From Leptogorgia sarmentosa (taxonomy: Eukaryota), in NCBI GenBank assembly GCA_964658305.1, contig OZ210885.1:14880001-14944000 (forward strand): 64,000 bases of DNA. Reading direction: 5' to 3'. The notes beneath the pieces were generated by a model, which saw only the letters and a list, made by a program, of their open reading frames with translations, was not told where the DNA came from and searched no databases. Position 1 is the first letter of the stretch. Each line of letters opens with the position of its first letter. Positions 36,601-48,689 of the stretch are shown piece after piece. Position numbers and translations under genes: made by a program.

Positions 36601-38104
36601 GTTGTTTAGTTTATTCTTTGGGGTACATATTTCGTGGGCGTCCTCCTTGGATTGGCTGGTTATTGACAGGTCAGAGGCTTGGGATACATATGCAGTAGAA
36701 GGTGTGAATAAGGTTGATGGCTGCCCTGTGCTAGCTGGAGTGAATGGGATGAGTTGATGCTGCTGGCCTCCCATTAAGGTTTCAGAGTCGTCCTGCAAAC
36801 ATAGTTTCGTTTTTAGTGCGAAGGATAAGTACCTAAAGCTCGTAATAATAAATCAGTATTTTCGACCAGAGAACGTCTTTCAAAAATCATTACATTCAAT
36901 CCTGGTCGCACCTCAAACGTTTTTAAAAGGCCATTTTCCATTTTTAATGAAGGGATAACTTTTACTTTCCCACGTTGCGCAGGCTAGGATCACCAAAATC
37001 GTGAATTCGCTGCCTTGAGCACGAGTATGAACAGGGGCCGCGGAAGCAGCTCAAAAGTGGGGGGGGGGAGCACAATAAAAAAAGGGCACGGATGAAAAAG
37101 GGCACTTTCCCTTCAAAAAAAGGGCACATTTACCCTTTGTACAAAATTGGGAGGGGCATTTTCCCCCAATGCCGTAAAATACTGACATTAATGATTAATT
37201 ACATTATCATATCAAGCGCACACTATGACACAAAAGGCCCTATATAACACAAAAAGGGCACAAATATAATCGAAAAAAGGGCACATTTTCTCGTTTAATT
37301 TCAAAAAGTGGTGGGCACCGTGCCCCAGTGCCCCCCCCCCCCCCCTGTTCCGCGGCCCTTGACTGTATGAACAAGAGGGTTAATTGCAAAAATACCTGTA
37401 GTGTCGTTGTCTGTAGGCGCGCTTCCAACTCTTCAACTGGGGTTGTGGGACTGACAACTCTAAAGCTCTTGACGGTACTGCGGCATGTTCTGCAAATTCC
37501 TAATAAACAAAGACATGTAGAAAAGGATAAATTGGTACTTTGCAAATTTGTAAATAATATATATAAAATTGAATGTGAGTAATATTTTACCCGAGCCAGC
37601 CGGGATAAAGACACCAGTCTTTTCCAGTACAACTTTAGAGCCTTGTTTCCCTAGTCCTCTGTCTCCTTTTGGCCAGACTTTTTTACTTCCTTTCCTGTGA
37701 TTGGACAATTCAGCTGGAATTCTGCATCTGGTGGAACCGCTTGTCCACCCCAATCCGAGTTTTCCGCGATGAAATGGACATATTGTCATCTCATTCAATG
37801 TGTCTGGTATGTTGAATATTGCAGCTCGACACAATATTAGATCTATCTCGTTCATGGGTCCAGAAAACGAGAATAATGCCAGATGGTTCGCTATATCTTT
37901 TCTACATGATGTTAAAGGAACAACGCGCACTTCATGCTTCCTATCACGGCTATCAGAACCGCAAATTCCTCCTACTATTGACTTAAACGAACAACATACT
38001 TCCATCTTTATCAAAGTAGAGCAACTGTCGTTAGTTTCAGGTTTCAAGGCAAGCTTCAACTCATTTCCTGTGGCGATTGTTTTGAAAAGGAAAACAATTT
38101 GCAT
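33606..38104 (-). pseudogene. Spliced Sola3 transposase with C2H2 finger; stop and frameshifts near 35400 and 33880
   Basis: LDWAMKFIPRKYRESQADWFGKRGLSWH, RQDNAGCYH, DFSDPQGGKGPCDR and CQEDGC...HLDGGKH. Upstream exons include 38104-37590 and 36795-35755. Confidence 0.82.
37032..37363. mobile_element. Intronic MITE with AAAAAGGGCAC internal repeats
   Basis: CAGGGGCCGCGGAA...TTCCGCGGCCCTTG; GTATGAA repeated on both flanks. Confidence 0.6.
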
Positions 38105-38844
38105 TATGTTGCGCCGGATTATATTCGATTATGAAAATGTACCGCGTATAGTGAAATATACAAATCGCAACAGGTATGACAGACATGTATAGCCTAAGAC
38201 TTAAATTCGTTTGCTTTCTACACTCTTTTTGAAGTTGTTTTGTTGTTTACAAATCAAAACAAGCATGGATTGTACTTTGACCTCAAAGGTCATTGGAGTA
38301 CAATTTCACCTAAGTTTGGCAGGCTGACATCTCGCCCACAAACATTTGCCCAAACATTTCTTTCCATAAATGGAAAGACCTTTGTTTCACCTTTCGTCCG
38401 CCGAAGTATCAAGGGATTTAAACATATAGCACATTTGCTATAAGGATTTTTGTAAGAGCTCTTATTATCGTTACAAAATATGCGTATTGAGAATGTAATT
38501 ATTTGAAATATATAGGATCGTGTGATTGCCCCCAAATTTGGGTAAACAGTAGCCAAGAGATTATTTAACAAGAATAAAGTTCTATTTTTAATGTAAAGTA
38601 CTTCAATTTTCCACACGAGTGCGCTAAAGTTGGCCCAAAAATCATCCGCACAGACGCCATTTTCAATGGTGTTGAGTAATTTGTATATTTCTCCGAGATA
38701 CAGCGATATTTAACCTATCCAACTATACCATGGTTCTTAGGAGACAATACCCTTTCACACTTGAAAGTATAAGCAAAATTGATTTTTTAAAGTTTGCCAC
38801 CACATGTTTGATATTTACAGATATCTACTCTTAAAACCTCAATA

Positions 38845-39400
38845 TTAAACAATTATTGAATGAGGCCGAGTAGGATATGAGGAATTATTCAGGCCGAGGT
38901 TTGTGTTATCTGCCGAAGCTGAAGGCTGAAGCAGATAACACAAACCGAGGCCTGAATAATTTCCCATATCCTACGAGGACCGAATTCAATAATTGTTTTC
39001 TTATTTATTTGTATATAGCACTTGCAAAAACATGCAATTGCAAGGTACTGGAAATAGAACAATAATATAGTGTTCGCAAGATTGAATAAGCCAATCAGAC
39101 TACAAGAGAAAATGTTCTTATAGCTGTTGTACATTTCAAGGTCGCAGTCAAACAAAAATTAAATCAAATAAATTTATTTCAACTCAATATAAACGTTTGG
39201 AAGAACCTTTCCTTTGAGGAAGCCATTTGTATTTTCCACTATTTTTCCGCTTTTGGCATATGCAGAATAAATTAGTCGACGTCATAATGTCGTATAATTT
39301 TCAATATACGACATAAGTACATCATAATGTCGTATATGAAGATTTATTGCACTGCTCTTAACCAATCAAAACTCTTGAATTGTTTGAAATAAATAATAAT
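38845..39400 (-). mobile_element. Non-autonomous Crypton-like element
   Basis: Bulged hairpin at 38847-38998. Minus-strand remnant ATGGCTTCC...AGGTTC (MAS..RF-like start) near 39226. CCAAT at about 39362. Confidence 0.6.
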
Positions 39401-39567
39401 AATAGATAATGTATCTTTGTCAATATTAATTGATACTACCAAAAAGACAAACCCTAATTATTTACAATTGATGGGTGTCATTGAGCAGGGGTCAACTTCA
39501 AATGTATAGATGCACAGATGAACATTTAGCTCACTCTGATGTCTGTGTATCTATTTGGAATTGACCC

Positions 39568-40436
39568 CATAGATATAGGAAGCCTAGATTGCTGACTCCG
39601 TATAAAATGTGTGGCAACTTTCGAAAATCCAAGATGGCTGCTCAACCGGTCAAATTAATAGGAGCTAGTATGGGAAAAACCATGTTTTTCGCATTTCACG
39701 ACCGCATAACGTTTCCGATCACGTTCTAGCACCATTTTTTGGAAATAACTACCCGTGCTGAAGGTTTTGGATGAAAATTGAGCAATTTGAATGGAATTAA
39801 CCCCGAAATAATCGATCGTAAAGTGCGGCCAAAACAGTCACTTGACTTCGTTCGAAACATTTCAGGTCAAGAATGAAGCTTTTGGATAACTTTGAGGTGT
39901 TGGAATATTCTATAGGACTTCTGTGAAAGATAAGAAATGGAAAGCGGCGTGTTGGTAGAGAAACAGGAAGCGATTTGTCGTCCACAATTCTCACTGTATA
40001 TTTAGTCGCCGTTTCGGCGACCGAGTTGTCCGTGAAGGGAATTCATCCAAGAGGCCAAAGTTTACAAAACATATTCTTTCTGGCAACGATTAGTTGAAGA
40101 AAAATAAGTTAGTTTACCGGTTGATAGACTCGAACGTCTTGAAACAACAATTTCACTGTTTTGGCCGCACTTTACGATCGATTATTTCGGGGTTAATTCC
40201 ATTCAAATTGCTCAATTTTCATCCAAAACCTTCAGCACGGGTAGTTATTTCCAAAAAATGGTGCTAGAACGTGATCGGATACTTTATGCGGTCGTAAAAT
40301 GCGAAAAACATGGTTTTTCCTATACTAGCTCCTATTAATTTGACCGGTTGAGCAGCCATCTTGGATGCTCATGTTTGCCACATGCGTCAGCATATAATTA
40401 TTCTACAGTCAGCAATCTAGGCTTCCTATATCTATG
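39568..40436. mobile_element. Non-autonomous P-element-like foldback element
   Basis: CATAGATATAGGAAGCCTAGATTGCTGACT termini, about 270-bp inverted arms, 8-bp TSD ATTGACCC (39560-39567 and 40437-40444). Confidence 0.8.
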
Positions 40437-40508
40437 ATTGACCCCCACTCAAATATGTGACATCATGTGAAACCCAAAAATACCTGATTAGCACTTGATC
40501 TGATTATA

Positions 40509-42236
40509 CAGGGTGTCTCAAAAAAAAGGTAATCCAACTTTGGCATGTCATTGTGCGTTAATTACTGGGTGTATGAACGTGATTTTTGCATGAGCATAAA
40601 GATCAGGGTCTTAGCTGTTGAATGACATATTTTTGGTGCGATATGGAAGAAAATCAGGCAACTGCGAGCTTGTTGAAAAATCTCGGTGAAAATCGCATTC
40701 TTTCACCTCTGCGAATTAAGTACAGGCCTATTGAAAAGCAATTCCCTTTGGGACTCAATTACACATCAATTAACTAGGCGTATTTGCATACATTCGCATG
40801 TTCATGCAGATCGTGTCACACAAACGCAAAGATGGTTCAACTTACGAGAGAACAAAGAACCCTTGTTGTTAAAACGTTTTACGAGACAGGCAGTTTGCAA
40901 ATAACACGCGACAGATTTGGCTAACGCTTTCCTGAGCAAAAACCAAAACGATTAATCTTAAAACGATTTGGGCGATTGTAAGAAAATTTTCTGAGCACGA
41001 TTTTGTATCGAAACAAGGGGAATTCAGGCAGAAAATGCACTGGCCGATCGGAAGAAAACATCGAGGCAGTGAGGCAGCGACTTGAAGAGCAATCAACAGG
41101 GACTAGCGCTCGACGAAATGGTGTTGGCCTGCCACATGCAACATTCAACAGAATAACGAGGCTGGATCTCAGAATGCACCCTTACCGCATGCACATCCAA
41201 CATCAACTCCTTCCTCGAGACTACGCTCGGCGCATGCAGTTTGCCCGGTGGCTGGTTGACCATTGTGCTTAAAATGAAGAGTTCCTTCGGCCATTCGTCA
41301 TTGGAGATGAAGCTGGTTTTGCTATGGACGGCAAGGTGAACACTCAAAACGTAAGAGAGTATGCACCTGTAGGCCAACCGCCCAAATTTAATTTTGAAGT
41401 GACTATCAGTCGAGAAAAATTTACCGTTTGGATTGGACTTTGTTGCAATGGTCGGATCAACGGGCCATTTTTCTTCAACAGAAATGTCGATAGTTTGACC
41501 TATCTGGATATGATTAACAACGACGTGATACCACAACTGGAAGAACATTTTGAGAGGCAAATTCAAGGAGCGTTCCGTAATGTCTGGTGGGTGCAAGATG
41601 GTGCCCCAGCACATCGTTTAATTGTCGTTTGAGAGCGTTTACGAGAGCTGTTTGGACAACGCGTCATTGCTCTTTAGCATAACGTGGAATGGCCTCCACG
41701 ATTCCCCGACCTTACTCCTTGTGACTTTTTTCTTTGGGGATACCTAAAGAGCAAAGTTTACACAAGCCCTCCCGTAGATCTTGTCGACTTGCAGAACCGA
41801 ATCCGCAATGAAGTTGACGCGTTAAGAAATTCTCCAGCGACGATCAGAAGAGTAATGCAAGCAATGCGACGGCGATGTCAGTTGTGTATTGAGAGAGACG
41901 GTGGCCATGTCGAAGGTGTAGGAGCATGATTTTACTTTTTTCGAACATTTTAATGTAAATACGTTTGAATAAATTAAAGAAAGTTTTTGACACATTTGTG
42001 ATTGATTGGTTTTTCTTTTGTCTTACACTGGCGCAGAGTTGAAAGAATGCGATTTTCACCGAGATTTTCCAACAAGCTCGCAGTTGCCTGATTTTCTTCC
42101 ATATCGTACAAAAAATATGTCATTCAACGGCTAAGATCCTGATCTTTATGATCATGCAAAAATTACGTTCATACACCCAGTACTTAATGCACAATGACAT
42201 GACAAAGTTGGATTACCTTTTTTTTGAAACACCCTG
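40509..42236 (+). mobile_element. Tc1/mariner DD41D (rosa/long-TIR type) element with decayed transposase (40832-41929)
   Basis: About 200-bp TIRs starting CAGGGTGT, TA TSD. GDEAGF, QDGAPAH and PDLTPCDFFLWG, with 41 residues between the second and third D. In-frame stops. Confidence 0.88.
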
Positions 42237-43354
42237 TAGCATCCATTCCTCTGGATCTTTCTCTTAATAATACAGACCCAGCCATAGCTATGCTGGGGAG
42301 CCAGGTAACAGTGTTGAAGTCCTTTCGCCTTTCTGACAAAGCTGAAGATTGCAGCATTGAATAAAATATAGGTGCTTTATCCATCCACTCATGACAAAGA
42401 GACTCTTCGTTGAATGTCATCATTTCTTGACTGCTTGTCTGTCTTGCAATCGATTTTCGTTTTTTGGAACATAATTCTGCACACTCTGCTGCTACTGATT
42501 TTGCCACATATTTTACAATTTCCATTTTCAAACATTTATGTTGCTAAATTCTATGGGCCATTTGTTTGTATGTTCCACGAAGCAGTGCTTTGCCAATGGA
42601 CTCCATGTCAGGTGGCAACTTTCTTCTCCTGGTCTCACTTGGCCATACAACTTCCACCTAAACATACGGAACACAATGCAAAACAAGATACAATAATACA
42701 GTGTTACAATAAAACAATATAATATCTAGATAGAGGAACTTTAAAAGTATCTTATACAAGTATATAGCTTTTTTGGCATGTTCATTAAAAAGATTAAAAC
42801 ATGTCACTAAACAATAGGGAGAAGCAAATTTATTTACAGTCACTCCAGGCTCTGTATGTGCTCTGTTCTGGGCCTGGCATGAAGTGCTTTTTTCTAATCC
42901 ATTTGATCGACTGACAGTTTGTTTTTTAGGGCTACTGTTCAATAACGGAACAAACTCATTGAGAACAGACCCAACTGTCCGAGCATATTGCTTGATAGGG
43001 ACAGCAAGTGGAATTAGAGCGGATGGGCTGTAATTTTTAACTAAATCTCGTATTGCTTCTTGTAAATTCTCCTCAATTGCTTTTTTTCGACGGAGTTTCC
43101 TTATACACCCCGGGCATATACGGCCGTTATCATCTATTCTAATGTTAATAGGTAGCTTATTTATTTCCTCTTCGATCGGAAACGAAGATCGCTTTGGTGC
43201 CATTTTGTAAGTTTTAATTTTACAACATATTTCCACTGATTACACATATTAATTATTTGAAAAGCTTTGACGTCACCGGACGCATTATCGCGCTCAGATT
43301 TCAGGCGTTTCTCCCGCCTTTCCTAGGAGCGGGATAACGCCTCACATTTCAGGC

Positions 43355-43539
43355 TATAAATTCTCTATCATAATATAAAGTTTTCGAACGTCGTATAATA
43401 TTCTGGACAATCATTTATCAATCTCAATCACTACCTTGCATTATTCTCGTCCATGACTTAATATTCTCATGCATCAATTATAATTCTTGACTAGCATTAA
43501 ATATTCTCGACATACTTTTGTCATGTTTGGCTTGCCATA
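43355..43539. repeat. About 21-bp periodic subterminal repeats ending in GCCATA; probable DNA-transposon terminus upstream of the Academ gene
   Basis: A degenerate ATTCTC(G) motif recurs about every 21 bp. No matching opposite end found in the window. Confidence 0.4.
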
Positions 43540-44143
43540 TACAACATCATGAACACTGAACCTCAATTCATTTGATCATTGTGAATGAGTTTACCTTCGC
43601 TTTGTAGTAAGTATATCCAACAATCTCAACATCAATTAATTGAACCAATCTGTATCTTAGGTTGTTCTGAAGGATATAACATCAATTTGTATCCAAACTT
43701 GCCAAATTACAACAAACAAATTGCTGACTCGCATCCATGGTGTCATACATGGAGTATGAAAACTTCATGATGTTTTGTAAACTGTATCTGTAGACGATAG
43801 GTACAGTTTTACAAAACTGTATGTTTTGTAAAACTGTACCTATCGTCTATTACAAATGCTACTCAGCCGTTGTCTATTTCGCGAAAAAGCAAAGGAAAAC
43901 AATTATGGCTACTGCAGAAAACTCACGTTTTCTTCAGCCCATACTGCACAGTACATACAGCGTTCCAGTGTCCAGTTTAACACTGCCTGATTTTGACGTT
44001 GAATGTGTGTGGTTTATAAGCTAGTTATCCTTGAAACACTTACATGTCACACACTGGAACAAGGGCAAAACGATATTTATCTAGATTCCTAGGTGTCCAG
44101 GTACTTGCTGCTGCAATGTCGCATCCAGATAGATCAAGAGGCT

Positions 44144-45773
44144 CAGGGGCGGATCTAGGATTTTTCGTACGTTAGTCAAAATTCTGCGACGTCACATGTC
44201 CTGATGACGTAAGTGATGACGTCTGTTCTCGCGTTGAGCCTCGTTTCAAGGATAGTTGACGACCAACCCACGCGCCTTCAGATATTAATGCTCTCGGGAC
44301 TGTATAAATTTATTATGTGCGAACGATACAACAAAGAACGGTTTTTAATTTCCACGCTAAAGAAAACGAATATTTATAAGTTACAAAGTACAAATAACAT
44401 AGACAATATCCAAAACATACATCTTAACCTTACAGCATACACGTAAACGAAGATGGTTTTACAAATTACAATATAGGCTAAACTACCACATTTACCGTTC
44501 TAAAATCCGATCGTTTAAAGCACACGCTTTACGAATATAAATATGAACTATAACTGTCCACAAAATGATCAAAATCCCTTTAATATTATGAAACAACCAC
44601 TCCACAAATACGAACACGTTGTTTTCCTTTTCTGAATCCACGGTTCACGGTCAATGCAGTACTTCATGTTTCATTATCATAACGCACGTCCAACGTCATG
44701 ACGGTAGTTTCATATGATCAAGCAACAGGCGCAGATAATATGCTACCACACGCGCGTAAATAGCGTAAGTTATGCAAATGACAGAGCATGTTTTAACATA
44801 AAGCACATTCTTTAGTTTCCCCATTTTGCATAATTCAACCATGCTCTAAGTATATATATCGGTAATTTGCTGTTCAGCCACCTGCGAATTAAACTGTGTG
44901 ATAAATATTTTCGTAATTGATATCCAGCGCTGTCAAATTTCCACTACTCGGCCTTGAGGTGTTCATAGACTTCACCTCAAAAGATCAAATTTAGAAGACA
45001 AAGGTGTCTTCGAATATATCCTGCATAAAGTGTTACAGACCAAAGATAGTATAATATGTAATTATGTACGCAGTTTAACTTTCAATCGAACGATTTGTTA
45101 AAATGCCAACAGCATTACCTTATTGTCGCCATATATATATACATACATCTCCTGGTCTGTTAAGATATAAAGGAAATCTACGCCGAAACCTATCCGATGC
45201 ACGCGAAATCAACATTTCATCGGCAGCGAAATCCTAACATTTTCAATTCGAAAATTTATGTTGTTAACTTGTTATTGTATTGATATGAGATATCAACAAT
45301 GTTACAAGAAGCCAATCAGAGGAGATGTTCTTTACCTTACTTTGCACAAAATAATCCAATCACAACCCTCCTAACTGCTGGATTAGTAAAAAAATCCAGG
45401 TGCTTTGGTCAGAATTTTGCAATGATTAGTCAAAATCTTTTTGACCAATCAACACGCCTGTAATGTGTGGCTAGAGCAAATTGGACCAATCAAATTACAT
45501 GATCTAAAACGGGGATTAGACAATTCTCATTTGAATACCGCTTATTTGACTAATCGGTTGACTAATCAATGGCTGGCTCAAAATGTGCAAAAACTGATCG
45601 AAGTTGAACGCTGGAGTGTGATGGATTTTGATAGCGTATTGCATAATTGAAATTTGAGAAGAGTTTTAATCAGTCGGAAAATAATTTCGAAACCTTGGTC
45701 CAAATTTTCCCCCCATGCCTTTGTTTTTACGTTAGTCGCGTGACTAATCTGACTACCCCTAGATCCGCCCCTG
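44144..45773. mobile_element. Non-autonomous DNA transposon with 8-bp TSD (hAT- or Zisupton-like)
   Basis: TIR CAGGGGCGGATCTAGG / CCTAGATCCGCCCCTG; TSD AAGAGGCT at 44136-44143 and 45774-45781; subterminal TTAGTC/GACTAA motifs. Confidence 0.85.
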
Positions 45774-46139
45774 AAGAGGCTGTCTGGTATCGAACGAGCT
45801 ACATGAAAATAGAATGCGTGCAAATATAAACGAGATCCCTGACACACAATTGTACAAAAAGTTACTACTAGTTACAACCTATTTCATCCAAAATAGTTCA
45901 AGTCAAAGGAGGCTGAATACCTGCATATAAATAAAATACATGGTATACTTACTATGGTCCATTAATCTACAGTCATTGCTGAAAAAAGCTGATGTATGGA
46001 TAGCAAATTGTACAACCGAATGATTTTCCTGATTCAAGGCTATAGTGCCTGTAAAAGATGTATAACTATCGATGTTGGTCATGTTAAACATTCCAAATAT
46101 ACATGATGAACAATTGAAGGAGAAACTATGAACATATAT

Positions 46140-46286
46140 CCTTGGAGTAAAATGTAATACTTTAACATGAAATCAATGACGCTGTCATTGACCCAGCTTT
46201 TGGGATTCAATGAAGCCAAATCCACATGATAGATTGATATCCCTTCGAGTGTAGCTATTCTGTAAATGTATTCTGGAATAATAATA
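46140..46286 (-). pseudogene. Ulp1/SENP (C48 peptidase)-like exon fragment
   Basis: ISIYHVDLASLNPKSWVNDSVIDFMLKY matches the DLxxLxPxxWLNDxVIDF start of the C48 domain. Catalytic residues not located. Confidence 0.5.
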
Positions 46287-47615
46287 CAGTAGGTGCCACA
46301 AGAATGACTCCAGTTAGTATTAAGTAAATAATTTTTAATTTCGAGCAATATTGTAATCTGTCACAACAACAATTCGTAATTTTACTTTTAAATCAAATAA
46401 ATATCAGTATTTGGTGTGTAGCCTTAGCTTTTAAAATAGCTTGAACTCTTTTTGGCATGGATTTCACCAGATTTTGAAGAGTCGATGGTTCAATACTATT
46501 CCAACATTGAGAAAGTACTTCCCACAACCTGTCCTTGCTCGTCACTGCATGTTTAATTTTTTCCCTTTTTAAATGATCCCATAAGTGCTCAATAGGATTA
46601 ACATCAGGGGATTGAGGAGAAAATTCCATTAACTTTAATTCACCTTGCCTTTCTTTATTCTTTAAATATTCCTTGCACAGGTTCGAACTGTGTTTAGGAT
46701 CATTATCCTGTAGCAAGGTGAATCCTCTTCCACATAACCTCTTGCCAGATGGTATAGCATGCCTTTGAAGAATAGAGTGGTATTGCTTCTTTTTCAGGAT
46801 GCCTTTTACCTTATAAAGACTCCCAACGCCAATAAAACTGAAACAACTCCAGACTTGGATGTTGCCTCCACCATGTTTTATAGTGGACTTGAGACACTGA
46901 TTGGACAATCTTTCGGCTGGTCTTCATCTCACATAAACGTGCCAATTATTCCCATGGATTTCAAATTGCGACCCGTCAGTAAACAACACTCTTTTCCAGT
47001 CTTCTAAACTGTAGTTTTTGCATGTCTTTGCCCATAACAATCTCTTGCGCTTATTTATTGAACGCAACAATGGTTTGCAACATGCGACTCTTCCTTTGAG
47101 GCCACTTGCAGCTAATCGCCTTCGTACTGTTGTTTTACTGAATTGTTTCCCTCGCATGGCGTTTATTGATGATTGAATGTCACCTGCAGTTGCTCTTCTA
47201 TTGCACAATGAAGTTACCTTTATAAAGTGATCTTCTCTTGGCATCGTACTCCTTGGTCTTCCAGATTTGGGCAAGCTCAAATAGGATTTTGTTTTTCTGA
47301 ATCTTTCCACAGTTCGTTGCACACACATACTCCCATTTTCACAGCAACTTGTCGTTGTGAATAACCTTCATTTATAAGAGCAATAATTTGTCCTCTCACT
47401 CGTTCACAATCCAATGTGTATGGAGGATTAGAAATTTATTTGCAAATTATATTGCAAAATATTGCACCAACAAAATGTGGGAGATCATTTCACATTAACA
47501 TATCGATGACAATGCGCATCCTCAACTACAAAAACCATGTTTTTCTTGATAAAATACGCGGTACGCAAAATTTTGCCCAAAATTGTCATTGGACTCATTC
47601 TTGTGGCACCTACTG
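46287..47615 (-). mobile_element. Tc1-like DD38E element with frameshifted transposase (about 47420-46393)
   Basis: TIR CAGTAGGTGCCACAAGAATGA, TA TSD. KSGRPR, VLFTDG, KHGGGNIQVW and QDNDPKH...SPDVNPIE, with 38 residues between D and E. Confidence 0.88.
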
Positions 47616-48143
47616 TATATCGTTTGTTATAAAGAAGTGGCTTCATATTGTATTGGCAGCTCTACAAATTTAATCTGCGCTACAATTTGTACTAATTTCT
47701 ACTTGTACACATACCTTTCTCGACATGCGTTCCAGGTGCGCCTGTAAACGGAGGGAAAAGAATGCAGAAAATATAGATCTGTGTCACGATCCGAGTGACA
47801 GTATTCATTCCACTATTTTTTTGTTCGCTATAGACATGTAAATACAATTACATTACACTATACCATTGTATTAATATAGTTACCATTATAATGCAAAGAA
47901 ACATACGAATGAATTTATCTAATACATAAACAACAAAACCAGTAATGATTACCAATATTTGCTCCTGAAAAAATATATAGTCATTGAGAGAAAGTACAAC
48001 ATTAAGTTGAATATAATATATCCCCGTTTACATAGCTCAGATATGAACTTTTCTATGAAGTTAATAGAAAATGTTTAAATCCGTTGCCAGGGAGTTTCAT
48101 TTAAACACGGTTGAAGTCTGAAAAGAAAAAATTGTAATTTATA

Positions 48144-48689
48144 CAGGGTGTATAAAAAAAATGGTAACACAAATGTGGCGTGCCATATTTCACCAAATCG
48201 TTGATGGATTTCATCGAGTTTGATATGATTCGAAAGTTCAGTTCATCAGCTTTTAGATGACACGTTTTATGTGGCATTTAGTTAAGAAACCAGCGAGCAG
48301 CGCTTCGGTGAACGTTTTAAGTGAATAAAAGAGGTTTAAACATCTTAATCATCCTGCAATTATAATTGCAATTCAAATATTCAAATTAGTGCGAGTTTTC
48401 ATATTCAGCAAGCGACAAAGGTGAAAAAGATGGGTCAATTGACAATTGTTGATTAAAAATGCATATCCATTGTCTCCTTTATTCCAATCGGTGGAAATAT
48501 GCAATTTTCACTTAAAACGTTTACCGATGTACTGCTTGCTGGTTTCTTGACTAAATGCTGCATAAAACATGTCATGTAAAAGAGGAACAATTGAACTTTC
48601 GAATGATGTCAAACTTGATAAAATCCATTAATGATTTGTTGAGATATGGCACGCACCACATTTGTGTTACCATTTTTTGATACACCCTG
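48144..48689. mobile_element. Tc1/mariner-type MITE
   Basis: CAGGGTGTAT...ATACACCCTG long inverted arms with TA TSD; ends resemble those of 40509-42236. Confidence 0.8.

Larger units (their letters stand above)
30034..38830 (-). mobile_element. Sola3 DNA transposon
   Basis: GAGT...ACTC termini, TTAA TSD (30030-30033 and 38831-38834), about 737-bp inverted repeats at 30073-30809 and 38064-38800, and Sola3-type transposase motifs. Confidence 0.88.
17012..43236 (-). pseudogene. Multi-exon Academ/AcademH-type (DUF6589-like) transposase gene, split by nested insertions. Segments at about 43203-42840, 42650-42237, 40507-40485, 29821-29047, 18456-18195, 18080-17012
   Basis: Motifs in collinear order: ECAELCS...KAPIFY...GSVLLRERS; RLNSLRLTVS; VDNWDM; GGQLTIER...ADWH; EGDGDR...KYALEA...WNRSV...NVPLDLDLEHDN. 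Contains frameshifts and stops. Confidence 0.72.

Noticed and set aside
30257..38616. Mirror ORF pairs 30257-30583 / 38290-38616 and 30430-30669 / 38240-38443
   Set aside because: Artefacts of the Sola3 long inverted repeats; no recognisable domains.
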